NCBI GenBank assembly: GCA_035255865.1
Contig: DATEZD010000177.1
Span: 3,299 to 67,298 of the forward strand
Origin: Candidatus Udaeobacter sp.
GTDB lineage: Bacteria > Verrucomicrobiota > Verrucomicrobiia > Chthoniobacterales > UBA10450
Reading direction: 5' to 3'
Length of the DNA: 64,000 nucleotides
The notes beneath the pieces are model-generated. The model was not told the DNA's origin, did not search any database, and was given only the letters and a program-made list of their open reading frames with translations. Position numbers and translations under genes: made by a program. Of this stretch, positions 37,037-46,086 are shown in pieces (positions within the stretch are counted from its first letter, which is position 1; each line of letters begins with the position of its first letter).

Positions 37037-39001
37037 ATGCCTGTTCAAACTACTTATCCTGGCGTTTACATTGAAGAAATTTCCAGTGGCGTCCATACGA
37101 TCAGCGGCGTCGCCACATCCATCGCGGCGTTTGTCGGTTACACGCAACGTGGACTGGATAATCGCGCGACGCAGATTTTCAGCTTCGCTGATTTCGAGCG
37201 CGCCTTCGGTGGTCTCGCCCCGGACAGCGAGGTGAGCTTTGCCGTACAGCAGTTTTATCAGAATGGCGGCACCACCGCGTATGTGGTGCGAGTGCCGCGG
37301 GACGGCGCCACGGTCGCGAAGGTTACGCTGTTGAATGGCGTTGGGGGCGGCGCGTCGCCTTCATTAGAGGTAAGCCTGCTCAGCACCGGCACTTGGTCGG
37401 ACAACGTCATCATCGACGTCGATTACGATGGCGTATCTGATGGCGACAGTTTCAACCTGACCATCACGGATCTGGCCACCGGGACAGTCGAGACCTTCGA
37501 TGACGTCACGATCGACAATACCAAGAACAATTTTGTCGAGTCAGTCGTAAACGATGAGGACAGCGGCTCAAAGTTGGTTTCGGTCGCGGCTACGCCCGCG
37601 AACGGTCGACCGGCTGCGACCGGTTTGGCCGGCGCCGACATTACACTTGCCAACATCAAGAACGACCAGACCTACACGATCCAGCTCGTACTCGACGACC
37701 CGATGATCTCGGTCGAGTTCCCCTTCATTGCGAAGGACGAGGCACTCCCGAAATCGATCGCTTCGGTCTGCCGGATGTTGGAGCGACAGGCAACCGCAGA
37801 ACTTGCTGGCAACATCCCGGGTGCGCGCGTACAATGCACCCCCACGACGAACGGTGCGGGGGTGCATGTGGCGGCGTTTGTTCCTAACGCCTACGACGCG
37901 CAGGTCAATTTCGCGGCCGGCACAACCAACGACGCAGACACTTTTCTCAACCTCACATCCGGCAACGGCGGCGCGAACGTCTCGCACTATTGGCCTGACA
38001 GCCAGCGCGGCGCCGACGCTCTCGCTCAGGCCGGCGCGACTCGCGGGTCCGACGGCACAGGACTGCCGCAAGCCGCAGCATTGATCGGCAACCCGGGAAG
38101 TTTCACTGGAATCTACGCCCTCGAAAAGATCGATCTCTTTAATATTCTTTGCATACCCGATGTGACGCGCGCGAAACCGGGTAATCCAAATCAGGCGGAC
38201 CTTTCGCTCGTCGACCAAAACGCGGTCTTCAGCGCGGCCATGACCTATTGCAAAAACGAGCGGCGAGCTTTTCTCCTGATCGATCCGCCGCCGGATGTGC
38301 GCGACGTCCCGACGGCCGTGGATTGGAAGACCGCCAGCCTAACGGTACATGATACGAATGGCGCGGCCTATTTCCCGCGTTTGAAGTTGCCCGACGCGAC
38401 AAACGATTTCCAACTCCGCACGTTTGCGCCTTGTGGCGTTGTGGCGGGGTTGTATTCACGCATCGACGCGAACCGCGGTGTATGGAAAGCGCCGGCGGGC
38501 GTTGAAGCGACTCTCAGCGGTGTTCAGGGGATGGTCTACAAACTTACTGACCTTGAAAACGGCGCACTCAATCCACTTGGCCTTAGTTGCCTTCGCACCT
38601 TCCCAATCTACGGAGCGATCGCCTGGGGCGCGCGCACTTTGGTCGGTGCTGATGATGAAGGCAGCGAGTGGAAATACGTCCCGGTGCGGCGGATGGCACT
38701 TTTTCTAGAGGAATCGCTCTACCGTGGCACCAAGTGGATTGTTTTTGAACCTAACGATGAGCCACTCTGGTCGCAGATTCGTTTGAACATTGGCGCGTTC
38801 ATGCACGATCTCTTTCGCCAGGGCGCTTTCCAAGGCAACACGCCGCAAAAAGCTTACTTCGTCAAGTGCGACGGCGAGACCACTACCCAAAGCGACATCG
38901 ATCACGGCATCGTGAACATTCTCGTCGGGTTCGCACCGCTCAAGCCAGCTGAGTTTGTCATCATTAAGATCCAGCAAATCGCCGGACAACTCGCCACGTA
39001 G
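37037..39001 (+). CDS. Contractile tail sheath protein (eCIS sheath)
   Basis: Start moved to ATG 37037. MPVQTTYPGVYIEEISSGVHTISGVATSIAAFVGYT at the N-terminus and ...WGARTLVGADDEGSEWKYVPVRRMALFLEESLYRGTKWIVFEPND at the C-terminus are hallmark phage tail sheath family segments. Confidence 0.92.
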   Translation: MPVQTTYPGVYIEEISSGVHTISGVATSIAAFVGYTQRGLDNRATQIFSFADFERAFGGLAPDSEVSFAVQQFYQNGGTTAYVVRVPRDGATVAKVTLLNGVGGGASPSLEVSLLSTGTWSDNVIIDVDYDGVSDGDSFNLTITDLATGTVETFDDVTIDNTKNNFVESVVNDEDSGSKLVSVAATPANGRPAATGLAGADITLANIKNDQTYTIQLVLDDPMISVEFPFIAKDEALPKSIASVCRMLERQATAELAGNIPGARVQCTPTTNGAGVHVAAFVPNAYDAQVNFAAGTTNDADTFLNLTSGNGGANVSHYWPDSQRGADALAQAGATRGSDGTGLPQAAALIGNPGSFTGIYALEKIDLFNILCIPDVTRAKPGNPNQADLSLVDQNAVFSAAMTYCKNERRAFLLIDPPPDVRDVPTAVDWKTASLTVHDTNGAAYFPRLKLPDATNDFQLRTFAPCGVVAGLYSRIDANRGVWKAPAGVEATLSGVQGMVYKLTDLENGALNPLGLSCLRTFPIYGAIAWGARTLVGADDEGSEWKYVPVRRMALFLEESLYRGTKWIVFEPNDEPLWSQIRLNIGAFMHDLFRQGAFQGNTPQKAYFVKCDGETTTQSDIDHGIVNILVGFAPLKPAEFVIIKIQQIAGQLAT

Positions 39002-39035
39002 CTTTCAATTCTCAACCCTCAACTCTCGATAACCC

Positions 39036-39563
39036 ATGGCTCAATTCACCGTTAATCCCAGCAGGTTCGATCCGTACAAGAATTTCAAGTTCCGTGTCAA
39101 GTGGGACGGCCGCTATGTCGCCGGCGTCAGCAAAGTCGGCGGCCTCAAGCGAACGACTGAAGTCGTCAAGCATCGCGAAGGCGGCGACCCCAGTAGCAGC
39201 CGCAAGTCTCCTGGCCGCACGGAATACGAAGCAATCACCCTCGAACGCGGCGTCACACACGACACCGAATTCGAGAAGTGGGCCAACAAAGTGTGGAACT
39301 TTGGCAGCGGCTTGGGCGCGGAGGTGTCGTTGAAGGATTTCCGCAAGGACCTTATCCTAGAGATGTACAACGAAGCGGGCCAGGTCGCGCTTGCTTACAA
39401 AATTTATCGTGCCTGGGTCAGCGAATATCAGGCATTGCCCGATCTGGACGGGAACGCCAATGCTGTCGCCATTCAGCACATCAAACTGGAAAACGAAGGC
39501 TGGGAACGCGACCAATCCGTGCCCGAGCCGAGCGAACCCACTTTCACGAACCCGGCAAATTGA
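39036..39563 (+). CDS. Tail tube protein (T4 gp19-like / eCIS inner tube)
   Basis: FKFRVKWDGRYVAGVSKVGGLKRTTEVVKHREGGDPSSSRKSPGRTEYEAITLERGV is the conserved pattern of the phage-tail-region tube family. The gene sits immediately after the sheath gene. Confidence 0.88.
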   Translation: MAQFTVNPSRFDPYKNFKFRVKWDGRYVAGVSKVGGLKRTTEVVKHREGGDPSSSRKSPGRTEYEAITLERGVTHDTEFEKWANKVWNFGSGLGAEVSLKDFRKDLILEMYNEAGQVALAYKIYRAWVSEYQALPDLDGNANAVAIQHIKLENEGWERDQSVPEPSEPTFTNPAN

Positions 39564-39574
39564 GTTGAGCTGCC

Positions 39575-40264
39575 ATGCGCGCGCTCTCGGCCAAGGACCT
39601 GTTGAGCGTCTGGGAATCCGGGGCCAGCCAAGTTCCATTGCAACGCGCGCTGACAATGCTGGCGTTCGCTTGTCCGGAAGCTTCATCGGATTCGCTTGCC
39701 CGTCTGACCATCGGCCAGCGCGACGCGCGTTTGCTGGCGCTGCGGGAAATGACGTTTGGATTCGAAGTAACAGGCGTGACTGATTGTCCAGAGTGCGGAG
39801 AAAAGATCGAACTGAGCCTTAACTGCTCGCAGATTCGTTCAACGACAGAAGCTGAGCCGCCTGACGAGCTTGTTGTCCAGGCAAATGGTTTCGAGATGCG
39901 CTTTCGTTTACCGACCAGTGCCGATTTATTCGCCGTCAAAACCGAGGAGGAACTGCTGGAACGCTGCTTGTTGAGCCGCGTCGATGACCTGACCGAAGAT
40001 TTTGCCGCCACTGTTAGCGAAAAAATGGCGAGCGCAGATCCGATGGCGGAGATTCATCTCGTGCTGGATTGTCCGCGCTGCCAGCACAGGTGGGAGGCAC
40101 CGTTTGATATTGTCGCGTTTCTCTGGCGGGAGATCAGCGCCGCCGCCCGGCGGTTGTTACGCGAGGTTCACACGCTTGCGTCCGCTTACGGCTGGACGGA
40201 AACCGAAATCCTGGCGCTGAGTCCGGCGCGCCGGCGCATCTATCTGGAGATCGTAAACGGATGA
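39575..40264 (+). CDS. eCIS-associated hypothetical protein with two CxxC pairs (putative zinc ribbon)
   Basis: 229 aa with DCPECGEKIELSL and LDCPRCQHRWEAPFDI. It is coupled to its neighbours (4-nt overlap downstream). I recall no characterised homologue. Confidence 0.6.
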   Translation: MRALSAKDLLSVWESGASQVPLQRALTMLAFACPEASSDSLARLTIGQRDARLLALREMTFGFEVTGVTDCPECGEKIELSLNCSQIRSTTEAEPPDELVVQANGFEMRFRLPTSADLFAVKTEEELLERCLLSRVDDLTEDFAATVSEKMASADPMAEIHLVLDCPRCQHRWEAPFDIVAFLWREISAAARRLLREVHTLASAYGWTETEILALSPARRRIYLEIVNG

Positions 40265-40893
40265 GTGATTTTCTTTCCAATCTGATCGCGCGCAGTTTCA
40301 CCGATGCGCCGGCGATTCAACCGCGGGTGCCGTCGTTGTTCGAAGCATCAGCGGAAGAATTTTTCGATGAGTTGCCGTCGTTTCAAGGGGTAATTGCTAC
40401 GCCCGGACAGGTCGCTCCCACAAACGCGTCTGTGCCTGTCTCCAAATCGTCCGCGAGGGAAGAGACTGTCACAACGAGACCAATCGCGAATGTAGCTGCC
40501 ACGCGTACGGCAGAACGCATGCTAAGGCGGGACGCGCCCGCACACCAACCCGCGCCCATTAGTAAGTCGCGGGAGGGTAGCGCGCAGCCGAGTGGAGTGA
40601 GGAAACTCCAGGTTGAAACAAAGAGGATCAGCGTCGCGGAACATTCGTTCGACGATCGAAAACAAGATCGCGCCTTCGAGGCATCTTCCCCGGCGAGTGC
40701 ACTCCAGTCCCGGCGTCGAAAGAATTTGTTGCCGGCTGAACGAGAACCTTCAACGGCATCGCCGACAATTCGTGTCACCATCGGCCGCGTCGAAGTCCGT
40801 GCGATTCATCCCCCTGCGCCCACTCAGAAGGAGGCAACACCACAGCCGCCGAAGCTTTCGCTCGAAGAATATTTGAAAGGAAGCAAGCAATGA
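40261..40893 (+). CDS. eCIS-associated hypothetical protein (largely disordered, conserved ends)
   Basis: 210 aa. N-terminus MSDFLSNLIARSF, a low-complexity middle, and a C-terminus PTIRVTIGRVEVRAIHPP...LSLEEYLKG. It has 4-nt overlaps on both sides. Confidence 0.6.
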   Translation: MSDFLSNLIARSFTDAPAIQPRVPSLFEASAEEFFDELPSFQGVIATPGQVAPTNASVPVSKSSAREETVTTRPIANVAATRTAERMLRRDAPAHQPAPISKSREGSAQPSGVRKLQVETKRISVAEHSFDDRKQDRAFEASSPASALQSRRRKNLLPAEREPSTASPTIRVTIGRVEVRAIHPPAPTQKEATPQPPKLSLEEYLKGSKQ

Positions 40894-42161
40894 GCGACGC
40901 GCTGGCCATCGCTGCGGTCACCGGATTGCTGCGCGATCTGCTCACCGGCGTGATGACTCGCCCGGATCTAAATCTTTCCACTGTTGTTGGCTCAGCAGTG
41001 GACGTAAGCGCGCTGCCGCCCGACCTCATCAAGAGCGAGACGAAGGGCATCAATCGTCTCAACCTTTTTCTGTATCAAGTGCAGCCGAACCAGGGTTGGC
41101 GGAATGTAAACCATCCGTCACGCGACGGGCGCGGCGATCGCATCGCCAATCCACCGCTCGGACTCGATCTGTATTATTTGCTCACGGCGTACGCCGGCGC
41201 GGACATGCACGCGGAAGTCTTGCTGGGCTACGCGATGCAATACCTGCACGAATTAGGCGTGATGACCCGCGAGATGATTCGCAATCAATTCAACGCGTGG
41301 AGTGGGAGCGCTGACCCGTTGCTCAAGGCACTGCCGGGGTCCAGGCTCGCCGACCAAATCGAACAAATAAAGATTTCTCCTTATGCGTTGAATACCGAAG
41401 AGATGTCGAAACTCTGGACAGCAACGCAAGCGCACTATCGCCCCACGGCCGCGTATCATGTGTCGGTCGTATTAATTGAGAGTCAGTATCCAACGCGCGC
41501 GGCGCTGCCTGTGCTCCAGCGTGGCTTAGGTGATTTCGGTGTCGCCGTTCAACCCAACTTGGTGCCGCCATTACCGACTATCGAATCGCTGGAACCGCCG
41601 CAGCAGCAAACCGCCATTCGCATGGGCGAAACGCTGACCATCAATGGATTCAATCTTGCCGGCTCGCCACTCAACGTTGAATTCATTCACGCGCGCAGTC
41701 CAAATGCATTGACCTTGTCCGTTGCGACTGCAACGCCGACGCAGTGGACTGTCAACATCTCTCCGCTCAATCCCGATGATTGGGAAATTGGAATCTACCG
41801 CGTCGCAGGAGTTATCGGTTCGGGTACAACGCAGGTGACGACGAATGAATTGCCGCTCGCGCTGGCGCCGCGCATCGTCAGTATCAATGCGAGCAAGGCC
41901 GCGGGAGTGGTGACACTCACCGTTAAATGCAGTCCAAAAGTTTGGCAGGAGCAGGAGGTGTCGTTGATCGTCGGCGACCGCGCGATTGTCGCCGAGCCAA
42001 TTGCGAGCGCCAAAACCGACACACTTACTTTCAAGTCAAGCGATTTGCCGAGCGGCCCGCAGTGGGTGCGGCTGCGAGTGGAAGGAACCGACAGTATCTT
42101 GATTGATCGTACTAAGACGCCGCCGATTTTCGATGCGACTCAGCAGGTGACGATTCCATGA
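40890..42161 (+). CDS. DUF4255 (Afp16/Pvc16-like) tail terminator/cap protein with a C-terminal Ig-like extension
   Basis: The N-terminus MSDALAIAAVTGLLRDLL...LNLFLYQV...DLYYLLTAY is the DUF4255 signature. The C-terminal 200 aa or so look like two beta-sandwich repeats. Confidence 0.8.
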   Translation: MSDALAIAAVTGLLRDLLTGVMTRPDLNLSTVVGSAVDVSALPPDLIKSETKGINRLNLFLYQVQPNQGWRNVNHPSRDGRGDRIANPPLGLDLYYLLTAYAGADMHAEVLLGYAMQYLHELGVMTREMIRNQFNAWSGSADPLLKALPGSRLADQIEQIKISPYALNTEEMSKLWTATQAHYRPTAAYHVSVVLIESQYPTRAALPVLQRGLGDFGVAVQPNLVPPLPTIESLEPPQQQTAIRMGETLTINGFNLAGSPLNVEFIHARSPNALTLSVATATPTQWTVNISPLNPDDWEIGIYRVAGVIGSGTTQVTTNELPLALAPRIVSINASKAAGVVTLTVKCSPKVWQEQEVSLIVGDRAIVAEPIASAKTDTLTFKSSDLPSGPQWVRLRVEGTDSILIDRTKTPPIFDATQQVTIP

Positions 42162-44137
42162 ATGACGACACGCATTGGCTCGAAGCGAATCAACAATATT
42201 TGATGCATGCCATTGGACGAGTGCGCGCTCTGTTGGAAGGACGCGCCACCGTCCGACCAGCAACGGAAGGTAGGGCTGACAGTCCCCTGGCCGCAGAAGA
42301 CGGCGCGCATCCCGCGACTGCGGGACACCCTACCACGCCGCCACCAGCGCTCGACACGCTTTGTGCCGCCTTTGGCCTATCGCCTTTCGAGCGCGACGTG
42401 CTGCTGTTGTGCGCTGGCATCGAGTTGGATTCCAAGTTCGTGTCGTTGTGTGCAACCGCGCACGGCGACACGACGCGGGCATACCCAACGTTCAGTCTCG
42501 CGCTCGGGGCATTACCCGATCCGCACTGGAGCGCGCTTGCGCCGAATGCACCGCTACGCCGGTGGCGTCTCGTGGAAGTTAGCAACAGCAATGCATTGAC
42601 GACGAGTCCTCTCCGAATTGACGAACGCATACTGCATTATCTCACGGGTGTTTCGCATCTCGACGATCGGCTCGCCGGCTTGGTCGAGCCGGTAGGCATG
42701 GCAGGCGAATTGGTGCCTTCACAGCGCGTCCTTGTCGAGCGCGTGAAGCAATCCTGGTCGAACCGGAAAAAAATTTCCGAACTTCCTGTGGTGCAACTGT
42801 GCGGCGATGAATCCGTCACCAAACACGCGATTGCTGCGGCTGCATGCACGTCGCTCGGTTTGAATCTTCATCAGATTTTGGCGTCATCGCTGTCGCAGGA
42901 CCCGCGCGAGATGGACGCGCTGATTCGCTTGTGGCAGCGTGAGGCCGCATTAAGCACAAGCGCGCTATTAATTGACGTGCATGATATGGACGGCGCCGAT
43001 GCCGCTCACACAAGCGCCGTGAACCGGCTGATTGATCATCTCACTGCACCTTTACTTTTGAGCACACGCGTGCGTTGGAAAAATACGAGTCGCTTGATGT
43101 TGACTGTGGATGTTTCCAAGCCAACAGCGGACGAACAGCACGCGCTGTGGCAACATGTGCTCGGCGCTCACGCCGCTTCCTTGAATGGAAAACTGGATGC
43201 GCTGGTCTCGCAGTTTGACCTCAGCGCATCGAGCATTCGGGCCGCCGCGATGAACGGCCAATCGGACGAACGTTCCCCTGAGTGGGCGACGCTTTGGGAT
43301 TCCTGCCGGATGCAGACGCGTCCGCGATTGGACGATTTAGCCCAGCGCATTCAGCCGCTCGCAACTTGGGATGAATTGGTGCTACCCGATGCGCGGCGCG
43401 TCACCTTGCGAGAGATCGCTGCGCACGTGCGGCGGCGTTATCAGGTGTACGAGACATGGGGCTTCGCGAGCAAAAGCGCGCGGGGTCTGGGGATTAGCGC
43501 GCTGTTCGCCGGCGCAAGCGGCACGGGCAAGACGATGGCGACCGAAGTGCTCGCCAATGAATTGCGGCTCGATTTGTATCGTATCGATCTGAGCCAGGTC
43601 GTCAGCAAATACATCGGCGAGACTGAAAAGAATTTGCGGCGCGTGTTCGACGCGGCAGAGGAAGGCGGCGCGATTTTGTTGTTCGACGAAGCGGACGCGC
43701 TGTTCGGAAAACGCAGCGAGGTTAAGGACAGTCACGATCGGTACGCGAACATCGAGATCAGTTATCTGTTGCAGCGCATGGAGGAATATCGCGGACTGGC
43801 AATTCTCACCACGAACATGAAAGAGGCGCTCGACAGCGCGTTTCTCAGGCGGATCCGATTCATTGTGCATTTCCCGTTTCCCGATCTCGCTGCGCGGGAG
43901 GAAATCTGGCGACGCATTTTTCCCGACCAGACGCCGACTGAAGAATTGGCGATCGACAAACTGGCGCGTCTCAACGTCGCGGGCGGTAATATCCGGAACA
44001 TTGCTCTCAACGCAGCGTTCCTCGCCGCTGACGCGAACGAGCCGGTGCGAATGAACCACGTCTTGCGCGCCGCGCGCACCGAGTACGCGAAAATCGAGAA
44101 ACCGCTCACCGACGCGGAGATCGGAGGCTGGCAATGA
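42158..44137 (+). CDS. AAA+ ATPase (Afp15/Pvc15-like eCIS assembly/loading ATPase)
   Basis: C-terminal AAA module: LFAGASGTGKTMATEVLANEL (Walker A), AILLFDEADALFGKRS (Walker B) and LAILTTN (sensor 1). An N-terminal domain of about 380 aa has unknown fold. Confidence 0.9.
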   Translation: MNDDTHWLEANQQYLMHAIGRVRALLEGRATVRPATEGRADSPLAAEDGAHPATAGHPTTPPPALDTLCAAFGLSPFERDVLLLCAGIELDSKFVSLCATAHGDTTRAYPTFSLALGALPDPHWSALAPNAPLRRWRLVEVSNSNALTTSPLRIDERILHYLTGVSHLDDRLAGLVEPVGMAGELVPSQRVLVERVKQSWSNRKKISELPVVQLCGDESVTKHAIAAAACTSLGLNLHQILASSLSQDPREMDALIRLWQREAALSTSALLIDVHDMDGADAAHTSAVNRLIDHLTAPLLLSTRVRWKNTSRLMLTVDVSKPTADEQHALWQHVLGAHAASLNGKLDALVSQFDLSASSIRAAAMNGQSDERSPEWATLWDSCRMQTRPRLDDLAQRIQPLATWDELVLPDARRVTLREIAAHVRRRYQVYETWGFASKSARGLGISALFAGASGTGKTMATEVLANELRLDLYRIDLSQVVSKYIGETEKNLRRVFDAAEEGGAILLFDEADALFGKRSEVKDSHDRYANIEISYLLQRMEEYRGLAILTTNMKEALDSAFLRRIRFIVHFPFPDLAAREEIWRRIFPDQTPTEELAIDKLARLNVAGGNIRNIALNAAFLAADANEPVRMNHVLRAARTEYAKIEKPLTDAEIGGWQ

Positions 44138-44439
44138 ACATGACGAACTCAACGCCGAACGCCCAACGCCGAACGTCCAAAGCCCAACCTTCAGTTGAAC
44201 TGCATATCGGCGAACTTGTGCTGCATGATTTCGCGCCGGGTGATCGCCACGTGATCGGCGACGCTGTGGAGCGCGAATTGTCGCGGCTGCTGAGCCGGCA
44301 AGGCATTCCGAGTTCGCTGCGATCGAAAAACGCAACGGACGACATCAAAGGCGCGACCTTCAATGTGGCGCACAGCGCAAAGCCGCCTGTGATCGGTCGG
44401 CAAATCGCGCAAGCTGTTTATAAGGGATTCCGCGAATGA
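44134..44439 (+). CDS. Small eCIS-associated hypothetical protein preceding the payload genes
   Basis: 101 aa, with ATGA overlaps on both sides. The N-terminal 20 aa are encoded by a caacgccgaacgcccaacg low-complexity repeat. The core is VELHIGELVLHDFAPGDRHVIGDAVERELSRLL. Confidence 0.6.
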   Translation: MNMTNSTPNAQRRTSKAQPSVELHIGELVLHDFAPGDRHVIGDAVERELSRLLSRQGIPSSLRSKNATDDIKGATFNVAHSAKPPVIGRQIAQAVYKGFRE

Positions 44440-46028
44440 ACACGCGCGTTTTACCGCAAGCGAAACAGTCGACGGCGTCGGCCCCGCCCATGCGCAGCAA
44501 GCTATTGCAGCGCAAATGTGCCTGCGGCGGCACGCCGGGACCGACCGGCGAATGTGAGGAGTGCCACAAGAAGCGGCTGCAACGGAAAGTCGGAAATCCG
44601 AAATCCGAAATGCAAAGTGACTCGTGGGTACCTCCCATCGTGGATGAAGCCCTGCGTTCGCCTGGCCAGCCGCTCGACGCCGTTACACGCTCATTCATGG
44701 AACCACGCTTCGGCCACGATTTTGGAAACGTGCGCGTGCATACGCATGCGCGCGCTGCCGCTTCGGCGAAGGCGATCAATGCGCAGGCCTATGCCGTTGG
44801 CCACAACGTTGTCTTCGGCGAAAATAAATATGCACCGACTACCCAAGCCGGACGCGAACTGCTGGCGCACGAACTCACACACGTCGTGCAACAAGGCGAT
44901 GCTAGTGCTGGACTGGTGCAAAACCATCGCCGTTCAGGGCCGGCAATAAGCCAACCGGGAGCCCGCGCCGAGCAGGAAGCTGACCGTGGTGCTGAGGCGG
45001 TGGCGACTGGCGGAAGCTTCGCGCCGTCCGTCAAAGCAGCTCCCGGAGCGACGATCCACCGCGCGGATGAGGAGTGGAATAAAGCCTACGGCAAACACAA
45101 AAGCTTTCTTCAGAAACCCTTCGATGAGTTCAAAGCTGGGCTTGGCGAGATCAAATCCACGACCGAGGGCGGGCTGACGGAAAACAAGGGGCGGCCGCTC
45201 TCGGAACGAAAGAAAGACGCTCCGACCGGCACGCCCGCCGCGCCTGAAATCAGCTTCGATGTGCTCAAAGAGATTTATTCCGGACTCAAGGCCGACGTCA
45301 CCGCCGACCCGGCGAAGGAGAAGAAGGCCAAGAATTACCTGGAGCACCTCAACAAGGCATTCAAGATCATGAAGATTGATACGGTTGAGGCGCAGGCGGT
45401 TTATCTGGCGCACGCCTTTATCGAATCCGATCAGTTCCGCCAGTTCACCGAAACGCAAGGGTCAATCGACAAGGGCGCGCAAAAGTGGATGGATGATCCG
45501 ACAAAGGTGCAGATCAATACATCGGACCTCAAGAAGCGATATGCGCTGGGAGGTTCGGTCAATCCGACCGGAGGCTTCGAGTTCATCGGGCGCGGCCCCG
45601 TTCAGGTCACGCATAAGGCCGAGTACGTCGAAGTGATCGCCATGCTCGAAAAGGCCGCTGATCAATATAAGAAAGATGCGGACGCCGGCGATGCGAAGGC
45701 GAAAGAGTATGTGGAGCTGACGCGCAAGGCGGCCAAGGACATCAAGGCCGACCCCCGGAAGGCCGCCGACCCTGAGTACACATTCCTGGTCTCGGCAGCC
45801 TTTATGAAGAAGCGAGGCGCGGACGTGTCGGCGGCGACGGTGAAGACCGGGACGCAATGGACCGGGGCCGATGCCGCCAGCGGTTGGGTCGCGGGCGGGA
45901 AACAGAAAGCGGGTTCGCCGCAGGCCCAGGCGCTCATCGATAAGAGCAATGCCTACGACAAGATTTATCCTGTGCTTCTGCGCGAGGCGAACAAGAAGAA
46001 GCCCGCCGCACAAACAGCGAAGCCGTAA
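44436..46028 (+). CDS. Putative eCIS payload 1: Cys-rich leader + DUF4157 domain + C-terminal GH19 (chitinase/lysozyme)-like domain
   Basis: - Leader: LLQRKCACGGTPGPTGECEECHKKRLQRK.
- DUF4157 core: PLDAVTRSFMEPRFGHDFGNVRVH...AYAVGHNVVFG...LLAHELTHVVQQ.
- C-terminus: AHAFIESDQFRQFTETQG and FEFIGRGPVQVTHKAEY resemble the GH19 catalytic-Glu and GRGPIQLT motifs. Confidence 0.8.
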   Translation: MNTRVLPQAKQSTASAPPMRSKLLQRKCACGGTPGPTGECEECHKKRLQRKVGNPKSEMQSDSWVPPIVDEALRSPGQPLDAVTRSFMEPRFGHDFGNVRVHTHARAAASAKAINAQAYAVGHNVVFGENKYAPTTQAGRELLAHELTHVVQQGDASAGLVQNHRRSGPAISQPGARAEQEADRGAEAVATGGSFAPSVKAAPGATIHRADEEWNKAYGKHKSFLQKPFDEFKAGLGEIKSTTEGGLTENKGRPLSERKKDAPTGTPAAPEISFDVLKEIYSGLKADVTADPAKEKKAKNYLEHLNKAFKIMKIDTVEAQAVYLAHAFIESDQFRQFTETQGSIDKGAQKWMDDPTKVQINTSDLKKRYALGGSVNPTGGFEFIGRGPVQVTHKAEYVEVIAMLEKAADQYKKDADAGDAKAKEYVELTRKAAKDIKADPRKAADPEYTFLVSAAFMKKRGADVSAATVKTGTQWTGADAASGWVAGGKQKAGSPQAQALIDKSNAYDKIYPVLLREANKKKPAAQTAKP

Positions 46029-46086
46029 GCCCAAGGCCCGAAAAATTGATTACGAGAGCAAGTGTCTTTTGAGAAGAGGTGAAGAA

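Noticed and set aside
40261-40893. Calling the 210-aa disordered protein the tape-measure protein
   Set aside because: Its position and its disordered core with conserved ends are suggestive. However, at about 1.5 Angstrom per residue, 210 aa would measure only about 30 nm, and I cannot verify homology. It is kept as hypothetical.
43382-44335. 317-aa minus-strand ORF antisense to the AAA+ ATPase. The same applies to 46557-47348, 48367-49305, 56461-57177, 44934-45458 and 45462-46034.
   Set aside because: These are long antisense 'shadow' ORFs typical of GC-rich coding DNA. They are Arg/Gly/Ala-rich and have no motifs, and each is fully covered by a plus-strand gene with strong family signatures.
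45871-46086. Payload 2 starting at the track ORF start of 45871
   Set aside because: It would overlap payload 1 by 158 nt in another frame, and the encoded extension is Arg/Ser/Pro-rich. GTG 46087 with an upstream gaggtg is more plausible, though the exact start remains uncertain.
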